NCBI RefSeq assembly: GCF_006345805.1
Contig: NC_042999.1
Span: 117,924,001 to 117,988,000, forward strand
Direction of reading: 5' to 3'
Length of the DNA stretch: 64,000 nucleotides
From: Octopus sinensis
Lineage: Eukaryota
The translations under genes were made by a program, and so were the position numbers. The notes below the pieces were generated by a model, which was not told the origin of the DNA, ran no database searches, and was given only the letters and a program-made list of their open reading frames with translations. Positions 50,343-64,000 of the stretch are shown here, in pieces (positions within the stretch are counted from its first letter, which is position 1; every line of letters begins with the position of its first letter).

Positions 50343-50920
50343 TGGATATAGCAACAACATGGTAGACTACAATCTTCGTCTTCACAGTTAAGTCTTTGAT
50401 GTCTTTATCATCCCTTCTCCTCAATCCAAGCCCACCCTCTACGACGGTATGAATGTTCATCGCGAACTACTCTTGGAATTCTCATTTCCATATCGACTGA
50501 AGCAAGCCTATGTACTCGCCCCTTGTTGCAATGATCTTTGAAACTCCTATGGATCAGCCAGGAGTGGATACAGATATCGTTTTGATGAAGTTTGCCATGG
50601 TTTCGCTCAAAGAAACTCACCAATACCAAGCGAATCTCAAAACTCCAATATGCTGATTACAAAGTGGCACCCAGCTATTCATGCTTAGAACTGCAATATG
50701 CAGTCAATAATTTTACCAATGCGTATCACCATTTTGGGCTCACCCTAAATACTAAAAGACCTCAAATACTCATCCTGCCAGCCACGAATTCTGGCTTTCA
50801 GGATTCTAACATCGTCATTTCGGAAACACCATTTGAACAATTTAATCTTTTTGCATACCTTAGAAATATGCTCTCCACCAAATACAATTCTGAGAAAGAA
50901 GTGGAGCGAAGGAATAGGAA
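50343..50920 (+). mobile_element. Decayed RTE-like LINE RT fragment
   Basis: ISKLQYADY...LQYAVNNF..AY..FGLTLN.K...FAYL..MLS resembles RT domains 5-7 of the RTE clade. Confidence 0.6.
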
Positions 50921-52108
50921 TGGTAAAATCCAGGTAAATATTATTTTGTTTCCTTTTTTCTTTTTCCTTTTAGCGTTCTGTGGTGAAACAACTTGGCTAA
51001 CTAGATCCACGATTCAGAATTGTCAGGAACCATGTTGTGCATACAATTACATTTGGCTCCCGAAAAGTTGGCATAATTTTTAAAACTCCAAAATGTATGA
51101 TTCAGCTGGGGTCCCAAGTTTCAGTGCAACGATGGATGCGTTAGCATTTGAAGGGTTATGCTGTTTCCCTCAAACAAGAGCAGAGAAGTCACATCTGATG
51201 GCGTATTTGAAATCGGTGCCCCGAATATTTCCAATAAAGGTGTAAATCTTATGGCAGTGTAATGGCTAGAGGAGGTTATATAATGGATTGTATTGAGTCT
51301 ACAGGAATATTAAAGCAATTTCAGTAGCATTTTATTGTAATGATAACAGAAGCATAAGAATCAATTTTGAAACCAGTAAGAACAGTCAGAGTATAAAGTG
51401 CCACAACTAAATACCACAAGCCATATTTTCTTGCATTTTATCGATTATACCATCCACCAGTTTTACCAATTTTAGTGCCAGAGTAGTATAATAGAGTTGA
51501 TATAATCACCATAGATCTTCTTTCTCCATAAAACTGTAACTTTGCAATTATGCTAGAAATCTTTTGTCAACTGCGGCAAGATTTAAAAACCAAGTATAGC
51601 TGGTCGTCAAAATTTGTTGGCTGCTGCTGTCGATAAAATGATGTACCCTACCAGTCACTAATTGAGAAGAATACTGCTTGTTGTTTGCCATCTACAAATT
51701 CTGGCACTATGTGTATTGTTAGCAATCAGTATAATTGTATGTGCCATTTTTAATTTGTTTTTCCTATTGTTTAGCAGTATATCAACCTGGACGTGCAGAA
51801 CTAACATCAAAGACTTTTCTGGTCGAATGACTTCATTATTTTCTTTCAAATACTGAACAATGTGTACCATATTATCTAATGTGCCCAGCCATTTTAAGAT
51901 CATTCATTTGAAGAGGAAGACTTATTTGGCATTTCTATTAAAAAGGAGCAGCAACATGCAGGATTTCTTGTATATATATATACATATCTACATATATACA
52001 ACTAATGTAGGATAAAATTTTTTCGAGAGAAAATTTTATCAATGGCCAGCACTTAGTGCTTGCTTTTTCCATGGGTATGAGTAAGTATTTCATTTATATC
52101 TCACGTAT

Positions 52109-52169
52109 TTATCGCTGAAGAGGGGAAAATTCTTATGAATTAACACCGAAATTGGGACCAATACGGTAA
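52109..52169 (+). ncRNA. Type I hammerhead ribozyme motif
   Basis: P1 TTATCG/CGGTAA, core CTGAAGA, P2 closed by GG/CC, GAAA-TTGG ga CCAA-TA. Confidence 0.6.
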
Positions 52170-52516
52170 TAACGGATTTTTTAGAAATTTCTATCAGTTT
52201 GTTTCGAGACGCATAAATTATAATGATTATTGAAAATTTTGTCTTTTTTTCGGCATATTTGGCATTAGAATTTTTCTTTTGCCCTTATTTTGTAAATATA
52301 TATATATATATATATAGGGAGAGTTACACGAAAAAAAAAACAAAGACGAAGACAGGTGGTGTACAAAACAAACAGATGTATTAGTATAACGCTCAGGAAT
52401 TGAAAAATTCTTTTACGTTTCGAGCCTACGCTCTTCTACAGAAAGGGACACAGAAAAAAACAAGGAGAGAAAAATATATATGTATATATATATATATATT
52501 ATACACACACACATAC

Positions 52517-52588
<72 letters not shown>

Positions 52589-52971
52589 TGAGCGTGTATG
52601 TGTGTGTATGTATTGTGCGTATGTGTATATGCATGTTTGCATTGTAAAGATGGTTGCTTTTGTTGATCATCCTGCAGGACGAAGAATAAAGGTCTGATGA
52701 ACACAGTAGACTCAGCGCCCATTCAACAACTGGGATTCAGACACCACTAGTCTTTGTTTAGATATCTTTCTAGAAGGATTAACACCCGCTTCATTGGGAA
52801 CTTGGAGATATTGCTCTTGCTTGTTTCTGGATTTCTTTGTTTTGTAGTCGAGAAGTTTACGCGTCTTTTGAAAGTTGTTATTTACTTTATATTTTAGCAC
52901 AGTCATTGTATCTTTCAAAGCACAGTCCAAAGACTAAATGGACATGAATCTGTCTGTCAGTGATGAATTTC

Positions 52972-53196
52972 CTCTTTTACTTGTTTCAGTCATTTGACTG
53001 CGGCCATGCTGGTGTACCACCTTTAGTCGAGCAAATCGACCTCAGGACTTATTCTTTGGAAGCCTAGTACTTATTCTATCGGTTTCTTTTGCCGAACTGC
53101 TAAGTTACGGGGACATAAACACGCCACCATCGGTTTTTAAGTGATGTTGGGGGGGACAAACTCAGACACACAAACTCACACACACACACACACACA
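52972..53196 (-). mobile_element. 3' half of SINE family 1
   Basis: CTCTTTTACTTGTTTCAGTCATTTGACTGCGGCCATGCTGG... through the (CA)n tract. Confidence 0.85.
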
Positions 53197-53199
53197 AAA

Positions 53200-53590
53200 C
53201 TATACGCTGCAGAAATGGCAGGTTGTTATTCCTGCCTAGAAGACAACTGCAGATGGTGAAACGTTGTGTTTGGTTCTCAAGCGTAAGCGCATGTGGAACC
53301 GAAATTCCCCATTTGCATGTTTTCTCAATTTGCTTGAGATGTTAGTGGAGAGTTATTGCGCCAAGTTTCTGGTACTTTGACGTGGATCCGATGCAACAGT
53401 CTCCTTCAAAATGTCGTCATTCAGAGTGGGTCGCCTTATAGAGCGTGGTTTGTCGGATGTGTCACAATTGCCATCTTTAAACCTTTTAAACCACAGCTAA
53501 CATATACGAGCTTTCACTACATCCCGATACACTTCACAAATGGTTTTCATTGTTTCTGTAGCAATGTATGTTTACGAATATAAATATGCC
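53200..53590 (-). mobile_element. Mariner transposase N-terminal fragment
   Basis: FKDGNCDTSDKPRS..RP...DPRQSTRNLAQ...HLKQI.K...ISVPHALT...RFTIC..LL.RN...PFLQRI contains a WVPHEL-like motif. Confidence 0.75.
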
Positions 53591-54201
53591 TACTTACATA
53601 TATGTATGTGTGCGTGAGTGTGTGTGTATGTATAAAGAGAGAGAGAAAGAGAGAGAGAGAGAGCGGGAGAGAGAGAGACGTAGCATGGTAGATGAAATAG
53701 TTACATTAGAATCCTCTATTTACGTAGAACACAAAATAAAGGTTACAGAATAAAGAAAAATAAAGGGAATAAAACAAAACAGAAAAATCGACAGCTGTTT
53801 CCAGACGGTCATACTTTACGTAATAACCATATTCACATGTAATATGTACATGATATCTAAGGTGTGTGCCATCCGACAAGTCGGAATGAAATTGTAAAAT
53901 GTAAGTTAGGCGTCCCTTGTCAACAGCGAAGTGGTAAATATATAGATACGTATGCATATATATGTGAGTATAAACACACAATTACACACTCGCAGACATG
54001 TGTGTGCGTGTGTGTAATGCTCTTGTATCTGTGTGTGCGTATGTGTGTGTGCGCGCGTTCGTGAACAACAAAATGAATGAATGCAACTTCGAAGTTTCGC
54101 CGAGAATTCTCGGTAATTTCGAATTACAGTCCTGTTTTATCGAGCTATTTCTTGAGCTAATGCTTAAACTTAAGGAACACATACACCAATTAGTCAATCA
54201 G

Positions 54202-54274
<73 letters not shown>

Positions 54275-54288
54275 ATATTTATTTATCT

Positions 54289-54353
<65 letters not shown>

Positions 54354-54392
54354 ACTACCTATCTGTCTGTCTATCTATCTATTTATCTATCA

Positions 54393-54446
<54 letters not shown>

Positions 54447-54472
54447 GTATCTATCTATCTATCTATCTATCT
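54202..54472. repeat. (ATCT)n microsatellite
   Basis: Direct reading. Similar tracts at ~56545-56640, 58390-58515 and 62350-62387. Confidence 0.95.
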
Positions 54473-54943
54473 ACTTGTCTAATCTATATCTTTCTGTCTG
54501 TCTTCTTTGTCTGCCTCTCTCTCTCTCTCACTCTCTCTCTCTATATATATATACACACACATATAGTTGTGCATGCATACGCATACACACATTAAAAGAC
54601 TTGGAGTGAAAAAGAGAGAAAGAGAAAGAGAAAGAGAAAAAAGGAGACCATGAGAGTGGGAAACAATGAGAGTAACAGACATACACAAAAAAGGAAGATA
54701 TATTAATTTCGTAACCAAGTCAAAAAATTCAGTAGTTGGAAATGAAACCCCAACTTTATTTTAGTTCTGTCGTTTTCACAAATTAGATGGTTATTGTAAT
54801 GACGAGCTATTTAAAAAATTAATAACCCCAACCCCGTTCGAAAAATAGGGCACACTCCGGGATTATTAGACAAACATATAACCGATAACACAGCATAATA
54901 ATATATGATTTCTTTAAATTGATATCTTTAATAATATCTTTAA

Positions 54944-55367
54944 TTTGTTTCAGTCATTTGACTGCGGCCATGCTGGAGCACTGGCCTCAGTCGAACAAAT
55001 CGACCCCATGATTTACTCGTTGTAAGCCTAGTGCTTAACCTATCGTCCTCTTTTGTTGAACCAAGTTACGGGGACGTAAACACACTAACATCGGTTGTCA
55101 AGCGATGGTTGGGGGACAAACACATCGGTTGTCAAGCTATGGTGGGGGGACAAACACAGACACAAAACGCATACATACACACACACATGCACACACACAC
55201 ACATATAATACGACGGGCTTCTTTCAGTTTCCGTCTACCAAATCCATTCACAAGGCTTTGGTCGGCCTGAGGCTATAGTAGAAGACGCCTAAGATGCCAC
55301 GCAGTGAGACTGAACCCGGAACCATGTAGTTAGTAAGCAAGCTACTTACCACACAGTCACTCTTGCG

Positions 55368-55369
<2 letters not shown>
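54944..55369 (-). mobile_element. SINE family 1 with an internal ~34-bp tandem duplication
   Basis: ACATCGGTTGTCAAGC.ATGGT.GGGGGACAAAC occurs twice at ~55089-55155. Confidence 0.85.
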
Positions 55370-55420
<51 letters not shown>

Positions 55421-55423
<3 letters not shown>

Positions 55424-56470
55424 GAGCGATCTCAAGATTAATCAGCCGAAATTGCGAGGATGATCCGGTTCTTGACTGAAGATTGAAGGCTTCGAATGTT
55501 CCGTCCGTGTTTTTTGTATCGTCTTCTAAATGTTTTGCGTTCTTGTTCCAGTTTGTATTTTTTTTACATATACATATATATATATATATATTGCGTTCTT
55601 GTCCCATTTTGTATTTTTATATATATTTTTTATATATATAATATTGCGGCGTAACGTTCATCTTGTTCCCTTATGTATGTAAGCATTCCTCTATTGTACG
55701 ACTTCTACACACACTTTCTCTGTACTTCACTAGTCTCTGTCTTTCTCTTTTCTTACCTCTGATTCTTTGGTCTCCACTTCCCCCACTCTCTCACATTTCT
55801 CTGTCTTTCTCACTTTGCACCTCACTGATTCTGTCGCCAAGCCAATCCTTGGCACGCTCTCTTTCTTCTCCCCCCTTTAATTCCTTCTTTCTCTCTCTTC
55901 TCCCCCCCTTTGGTGCCTTTGTCCCTCTTTTTCTCTCTCTCTCTTTGATTCCTTTGCCCCCTTTTTTCTCTCTCTTCTCCTCTCACGTGACCGCCGGTCA
56001 ACTAGCCTTTCGGCTTCTGACCACCGCCACGACAACATCGTTTTTTTCGTCTGCCGCAAAGGCATTTTTTTCCAAACACGCCAGCTAAGCTAAGTTGAAC
56101 TGTCTAAAGTCGTAAGACACCCGCTGTTTTTGTCCTGTTATTACTTTTATTGTTTTTGTATTTATATTCGTGTGGCATCGTCCGTTTTTCTGTCCTTGTT
56201 TCGTATACATTCGATCCTTTTTTCCAAGATATCTAATGGTCGTAGCTTAGATTTTCCTTGGGGCTGGCCGGATCGGAGCGATCTCAAGATTAATCAGCCG
56301 AAATTGCGAGGATGATCTGGTTCTTGACTGAAGATTGAAGGCTTCGAATGTCCTGTCCGTGTTTTTTGTATCGTCTTCTAAATGTTTTGCATTCTTGTCC
56401 CAGTTTGTATTTTTTTTTACATATATATATATTGCGTTCTTGTCCCATTTTGTATTTTTATATATATTTT
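55421..56470 (+). mobile_element. (TA)n-embedded repeat with a ~200-bp direct terminal duplication (partial tandem, Penelope-like layout)
   Basis: TCGGAGCGATCTCAAGATTAATCAGCC...TTGTATTTTTATATATATTTT occurs at 55421-55630 and 56273-56470. Confidence 0.55.
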
Positions 56471-56475
56471 CTATA

Positions 56476-56514
<39 letters not shown>

Positions 56515-56568
56515 CATTTTATGTACAATATAGTATTTGTAAAAGATAGATAGATAGATCGATCGATC

Positions 56569-56631
<63 letters not shown>

Positions 56632-57895
56632 TGATTGATAGATAGGTTAATAGATTGGTTGACTGTGATTGTTAGATCTGTTGAGTGATTGATTGGCAGA
56701 TTGATTGATTTGTATAGGAAGTTCGAACTGATACGCATGATATACATGTGTGTCTGTGTGTGCGCGCGAAAGTTACGCCTGTTAAATACAGTACATACAA
56801 ACGTTCGCGCGCGCACACACACACACACATATATGTGCGAAATGGTTGGGGAGAATTAAACATAAACCCTAAGTTTTTTGAATATGTGACTGGAAGAATG
56901 AGAAAGTAAGAAAGAGTGTAAAATGTGCGTATTGGATTGTGAAAGGAAAAGAATTGAGTCAGATGAGACTGATATGCTATATAAGGATGTGAGTCTCTTG
57001 TTCGTGCGTGTATGTATGTGTGCGTGTGTGTGTGTGGTGCGTGTGTATGGGTGTATATTATGTATGATAGAAAGAGAAGGGTGAATGAAAGCGTGAATGG
57101 GGGTGAGGTGTAGACAATCAGAGTTTATGGAAGTGCGAATGCATGAAAACACATATTAGTTCATATGTATGTGTGTATGCACTAGGATGTCTATTTGTAG
57201 CTGTGTGTGTGTGTGTATATGTGTGTGTGTATGCTTGTAACTGTTAAGGTGCAAAACAATTAGTACACATAGGCACTCACACAAACTCACGAGCACACAC
57301 ACAAACAAACACAATCACACACACACTCATTGACTACCTACTCAAACACGTGCGAATAAGGGAGCTTTTACTTAACGTCTTCCCTGCTGCAAAGTACAGA
57401 AAAATTCGTTTTTCAAATCATATTTTCACTTTCTTTAACAGAAAGTAAAACAAAATGAACAACAACAACAAAAAAAAAGATGAAAAGCAGCTCAAAATAT
57501 AATGCATTTCATTTTATACGGGAAGGTCTCGTCTGTAATGACTTTCTTCGTATGAATGCTGGATTAGGAATTATATGTGGCGACATATAAACAACATATA
57601 GTGACACATGCAAGCAAACGAAGGGCACATATATACAGTTAGCAACTTTCACCCTCATATACGCATGCACGTACATGGGTGCTTCACAACCTGAGACCTT
57701 GAAGACTGCATAAATGCATGAAAGTATACTAGTCCCTTAATATTTGATATTCAATATTTCATCTATTCAATAAGACAATGAATACTTCATTTCATTTTAC
57801 TATATATATATTATTTATACTATATATTCTATATTCTACATTAATATTATAAAGAATATAAATAAAACATAAAAAGCAGAGTTGGGATTCCTTTG

Positions 57896-57991
<96 letters not shown>

Positions 57992-57996
57992 CATAC

Positions 57997-58056
<60 letters not shown>

Positions 58057-58084
58057 CATATATATATATAATATATATATATAT

Positions 58085-58141
<57 letters not shown>

Positions 58142-58389
58142 CATATATATATATGTATGTATGTATGTTTGTATGTATGTGTGTATGTATGTATGTATGT
58201 ATGTATGTATGTATGTATGCATGTATGCATACATATATATACGTCGAGGCATACGTATGTATGTATGTATGTATGTATGTATGTATTGCATCTAGCAAGC
58301 GGCGTTGTCCTAGCGTGGCCGCAGTCAAATTTCTGAAACCAATATAATCAAAACAAAACACAAACAATTGAGCGATTACAGAGTAATAA

Positions 58390-58503
<114 letters not shown>

Positions 58504-59047
58504 GTCTGTCTGTCTAATCGACCATATATCCATACGTGCATATATGTAAATATACAATTATGTGTGTGTGTGTGTGTGTGTATAGGTATGCATATATATA
58601 TGTGTGTGTGTGTGTATAGATGTGCATATGCATATGTTTGTGTTTTATGTATATATATATAAGTATTACATATGTGTGTGTTACAAAGGAACTTATATTA
58701 CAGTCTGAGACACATTTTCACGCCCTTACATAAGGAAAACTATAAGTATAATGGCAAACACACATACCCACGAATACTGAGTCAAATATACACGTGCGTG
58801 ATGTTACATGTGTACAGGTGTACATGCACATGTATGCATCCGTACACGCAAGTACGTAGGCAAAGTAACGCTGTTACTCACATAAAGACAGATATTCAAA
58901 CAGTCAGCCGCTAGCTAGTACGTCGTGGAAGTAGGAAAGCAGCAACGCTTTTTCCAATTGATTTGTGGACATAAATTTCCTTGCCTTCTCTCAATCTCCG
59001 TCCCTTTCTTTTTCTCCCATTCTCAATATTCTCTTTGCTTCACCCGT

Positions 59048-59088
<41 letters not shown>

Positions 59089-59148
59089 GGTTATATGTAT
59101 ATATATATATTATATATATGTATGTATATATAGGTGTATGTATATATA

Positions 59149-59230
<82 letters not shown>

Positions 59231-59328
59231 GTATGTATGCCCCAGCATGGCCACAGCACGTGAGCTGAAACTAGATAAAAAAAAATATGTATTTGTGTAT
59301 ATATATGTATATATATATGCATACGTAT

Positions 59329-59359
<31 letters not shown>

Positions 59360-60140
59360 CGCACACATATATGTGCACACACACATACTTGAATACATGT
59401 ATATTTATACATATATGTGTGTTTTTGAGCGTGTGAATATGTATGACTATATGTGTGTGCGTATATATATATATATACATGTGTGTGTGTGAGTGTGTGT
59501 GTATGTGTGTGCGTGTGTGTGTGCGCACCTGTCGTGTATTCACGTAAAGAAAAACTATAATAGGAAACACCTACATGAAAGTATATTAGACAAATAAGAC
59601 AAAAAAAAGAAAGAAGGAAAGAAAGAAAAAGGTAAGAAGGAAAGAAGGAAAGAAATAAATAAAGAAAGAAAGAAAGGGAGGAAGAAGGAATGAAGGAATG
59701 AAAGAAAGAAATGAACAACTGGCATGTAAGAAATCACCTCAAAATCAAATGTCCTTAGATTACTCCGAACTTCCTCACATGCTCTATTCTTTACTGATTT
59801 CCCCACTTCACCTTGAATCAGTTCGTTCTGTGATTCTCTCATTTGGCGTCGAAGACCTACACTGCCGTGTATCCCAAATGGCTTGTTTATAATTACATCA
59901 GTTATAACTATTATTATAACTCCAGAAAAATTCTGGATCTGTGGAGAGTCGCTTATTTGACCTTCTGGTGGCTGTCCACTTTTACCCCAGTTGGGATGGT
60001 TAACCTAGGGTACATCTTTGTTGGTATATACTATCTGTTATTCATTTTCTACTCTTTTCGTTTTATTCAAATAAATCCTACCCCGCTGCTTTGTATCTCG
60101 TGTTTGTAGTGTCCAAGAGTAAGAAAATTATTATTAATTC

Positions 60141-60221
<81 letters not shown>

Positions 60222-60269
60222 CAGCAGCAGTAGCAGTAGTAGTAGTAGTAGTAGCAGTAGTAGTAGAGC

Positions 60270-60470
60270 TGCGAGCTAGCAAAATGTTTAGCACGCTGGA
60301 CAAATGATTAGCGGTATTTTGTCCGTCTTTACGTTCTGAGTTCAAATTCCACCGCGGTCGACTTTGCTTGTCATCCTCTCGGAGGTCGATAAAATAAGTA
60401 CCAGACACGTACTGTAGTCGATGTAATCGATTGACATATCCACCCACCCGAAATTTCAAGCCTTCTGCTT
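60270..60470 (+). mobile_element. SINE family 2
   Basis: TTTACGTTCTGAGTTCAAATTCC..GGTCGACTTTGC..GTCGATAAAATAAGTACCAG. Confidence 0.75.
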
Positions 60471-60717
60471 ACACTACAAATTTCTTTTTTTTTTGTTTTT
60501 TTAAATATATGTCATTATATGTAAACTCCCACATTTGATGTTTGTCTTTGTATTGCCTCCTTCGCTCTGGCATATATAAAATCAAAAAATTATTATTATT
60601 TTCTCATTTCATCATATGTAAACTCCACCACCACCACTTTATGTCTGTCTTTGTATTATCCCCCTCATCCTTCGCCCTGGTGGCAAATAAATGAAATCAC
60701 CAGCAACATCATCATCA

Positions 60718-60785
<68 letters not shown>

Positions 60786-61250
60786 GAGTGAGAGAGCAGT
60801 TCATGCCATCAAAGTGACACTGGGGTACAAATATACGAAGCCCAGTATATCCATCATGACTACCCGTCTGATAAGGGTACACCAGGCACATGCATCACAA
60901 CCATATGTGCACGACATGGTGATCTCATAACAAGATAAACAGCGCATGACCTTGCGGGTGGGGCCCAGTTAGAATTTTCTTCTGGTTGGGTAACCCATCC
61001 CACTCAAAAGGTCCCTGATTAAGGGTTGTTTAAGGATGTTGAATGAACCACCCATGTTTCCAGAGGTGAATCATTCAAACCCCAAAGAATCCCTCTCAAC
61101 ACATGGCTATGATGCTCCCCCACTACTTCTACTCGTGATCAGAGATGCACATATCGTCAGCTACTAAGGGACATGCTCAACTGGTTACGGTCAAACAAAT
61201 GACAAGCAAATCTGTGGTATTGAGCTGAATATTTACTGTAGCCCATCTTT
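60786..61250 (-). mobile_element. ~465-bp non-coding element embedded in an (ATT)n microsatellite
   Basis: Complex, more GC-rich island flanked directly on both sides by (ATT)n. The strand is tentative. Confidence 0.5.
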
Positions 61251-61251
61251 G

Positions 61252-61297
<46 letters not shown>

Positions 61298-61523
61298 GTG
61301 GTGATCGGGGTTGTAGTGGTAGGAGTAGTAATAGTAGTTGACCTCCTTCTCCTCCTCTGCCACCTCCACTTCGTCCTCCTTTTCATCATCATCATTGTTG
61401 TCGCTAATCTTCATCTTTATCATCGTTATTTCGTGGTTGTGTTGTAATATTTTAAAACTTGTGGCGTGTTCTGTCACTTCATCATCTGCGACGAGCCCTT
61501 GGGTGCCGAAATGTGCATTTGTG

Positions 61524-61592
<69 letters not shown>

Positions 61593-61593
61593 A

Positions 61594-61640
<47 letters not shown>

Positions 61641-62349
61641 CGATGATGATGATGATGATTTTTTATTTACCACCAGGGTGAAAAATGAGGGGAATAATAC
61701 AAAGAAAGATGTCAAGTTTAGGGGTTTACATACAATGAAATGTGATAGAATAAATATATATATGAAAATAAATGTATAGAAAGTATAGACAGTATAAAAC
61801 AAGACAGAGAAGAGAAGCATACATGGTATACTATAGTAAAACTAAAATAAAATAAAAGTGTGTGTGTGTGTGGGGGGGGGGTGATGATGATAGTGTTGGG
61901 GTCCTCCTCACACAAGAGGACCTCTAGGGGTAATCGTGTAATTCCTTGAACAGCAAGGGCAGGTGCCCTCTTTAATTCCTGTTCTGTTGATATTCTTGTT
62001 GTTGATGTTGCTGCTGCTGCTGCTGCGACTGCCGCTGCTGCTGTTGCTGATGATGATGGTGGAGGTGGTGGTGGTGGTGGTGGTGGTGGTGGTGATGTTA
62101 TTACTGCTGTCATTTCTGATGCTTGGTAATGACTGAAATGTCTGGTGTGTCAGTTTGATTCTTACTATATATGTTTGATGGGTCAGTTAGTTAGTTAGTT
62201 AAACGACAATACCCTTGTCAGTCAGCCACCTCTCTCCTTTTCCTCTCACCTCCTTGTCTCCTTCTTCTCCTATTTTTTTCTACTGTCTGTCGGTATGTTT
62301 CTCTTCCCCCTTTTAGTCTGTCCATAATTCCCTCCTTCTCTCTCTCTCA

Positions 62350-62387
<38 letters not shown>

Positions 62388-63386
62388 CAATTTTTATCTT
62401 TCTCATGCACACTTACACACACACTCACACACACACACACGGACACACACACACGCGCGCACACAAACATACGCACACAGATACGCATAATTGCCACATT
62501 TACGCTTTGGGTTTATTAATCGAGTCACTACTACATTTGATCGCTTTTCGCCTGCTTCCTTCACTCCTACACTCTTTCCCGCACAGTGTCTCCATCTGTC
62601 TGTCTACCTGCTTGTCTGTTTGTCTGTCCATCTCTGTGCGTCTCTCTCTCTTTCTTTCTTCCTTCCTCTCTCTCTCTCTCATTTATACTTTCACTTTCTG
62701 GCAAACTGCTTCTTTGTGTCTCGGGCATATTATATCTAATACACATATACACCCAGTTCTCTCTCTCTCCCTCTACTTCTCTCTGTCTCTCTGTCGCTGT
62801 TTCTCTCTTTCGTTCACTCTCCCGCCTATGCATTTTCTACCATTCGTACTGCCACCTGTTTTCGGCACTCGCGTTACACTGACCGTACAGCACAATAACA
62901 ACAACCGCCAAGTCACAACTGCTGCCATCATTACAACGCTCTTTCTACTAGCACACCGCTACCATCAGCATCATGCAACTACAATTACGGCCATCAGCCC
63001 CTTACATCACAACCACCATAGCCCTGCTAACTTTACAGTAATACCACTACAACCACCGCCAACAACAACAACAGCACTACCTCCACTACAATACCAACAC
63101 TATCACATTACAATTAGGCACTATCACTCCAAACACCTGTTCCCACCCTAGTACTGACACCTTACCGCTTCTATAACCTCGACTGCCACCATCACCACCA
63201 TCACTACTTTAACCTTGGTATCATTAATACGATCACAAATTGCTAAAACAAGAACAACAGTAACAACAAAGAGAACTTAGTAGGAACCAACAAAATAAAA
63301 GTAACAAAAAAAAAATAAACATTCAAACCGAACGAAAACAAGCTTTATCAACAACTAACGCAAGACTACCACGACCACTACCACTT

Positions 63387-63428
<42 letters not shown>

Positions 63429-64000
63429 AACAATTACTAAAGCACTACAGCAGGGATCACCATCACCACTAGAAGCCACTGCAGCATTGAAAACATTATT
63501 ACAACTAATACCAGCAGCAGCAGCAGCAGCAGTAGCAGCAGCGGCATCAGCAGTAGTAGTAGCTTTACCAAAAGCTAGCACCACTATCGACACATTATCG
63601 ATACCACCGACAGCAGTATCAACAACACCAACAGTAACAGAACCATTAACCAACATTACTATAACTAGTATTAGCGCCACTACTATCACTACTACAATTA
63701 CTACCACCATTGTCACTACCATCACTACCATTACCACCACCACCACCACCACCACCACACACGCAAAAGAAAAAAAGAAAAAATTCCAGCGCGACCATTA
63801 CCACTTTCACTACGGCTACGACGACTACTACCACCAACACTCGTACCAACATCACCATTTCCAGCCACGTCAACACCAGGTGTCAACAAAATGGGGACTT
63901 CCGAATATGGTGCGGTATTTTTCTATTGTTTACCAAAATGCCTTAGATGAAATAGAAAGTTCCTCGATTTGTGTACAAAAGAAGGAATGTATGTATACAA

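Noticed and set aside
52712-52933. Minus-strand exon candidates (also 4712-4984, 7596-7832, 59725-59856)
   Set aside because: Short ORFs with no recognisable homology and no consistent exon chain

Overview
AT-rich, microsatellite-dense eukaryotic DNA. The SINE families suggest an octopod cephalopod (inference). Most ORF-track entries are artefacts of (TA)n, (CA)n and trinucleotide repeats. The main feature is a ~16.3 kb head-to-tail array of seven non-LTR retrotransposon units (33419-49748). It holds four ~1.8 kb ORF1-only copies (family A), two ~1.94 kb ORF1-only copies (family B) and one 5.2 kb L1/Tx1-clade element with ORF1 and ORF2 (APE endonuclease, RT, zinc finger). All seven units share a 46-47 nt 3' tail. 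A 14-nt motif (CACCACGGCGGAAA or a variant) lies at every junction. The array interrupts a ~1 kb non-autonomous Helitron (TC...hairpin-CTAG). This looks like a site-specific helper/passenger system with ORF1-only satellites, analogous to HeT-A/TART but interstitial. Elsewhere there are several tRNA-derived SINE families, DD37D, DD37E and mariner transposon remnants, and R4/Dong-, CR1- and RTE-like LINE fragments. Several (TA)n-embedded repeats carry minimal hammerhead ribozyme motifs and long inverted repeats, as in Penelope-like elements. There is also a ~2.2 kb tandem duplication and a possible two-exon host-gene fragment. Many frameshifts are probably uncorrected long-read indels.
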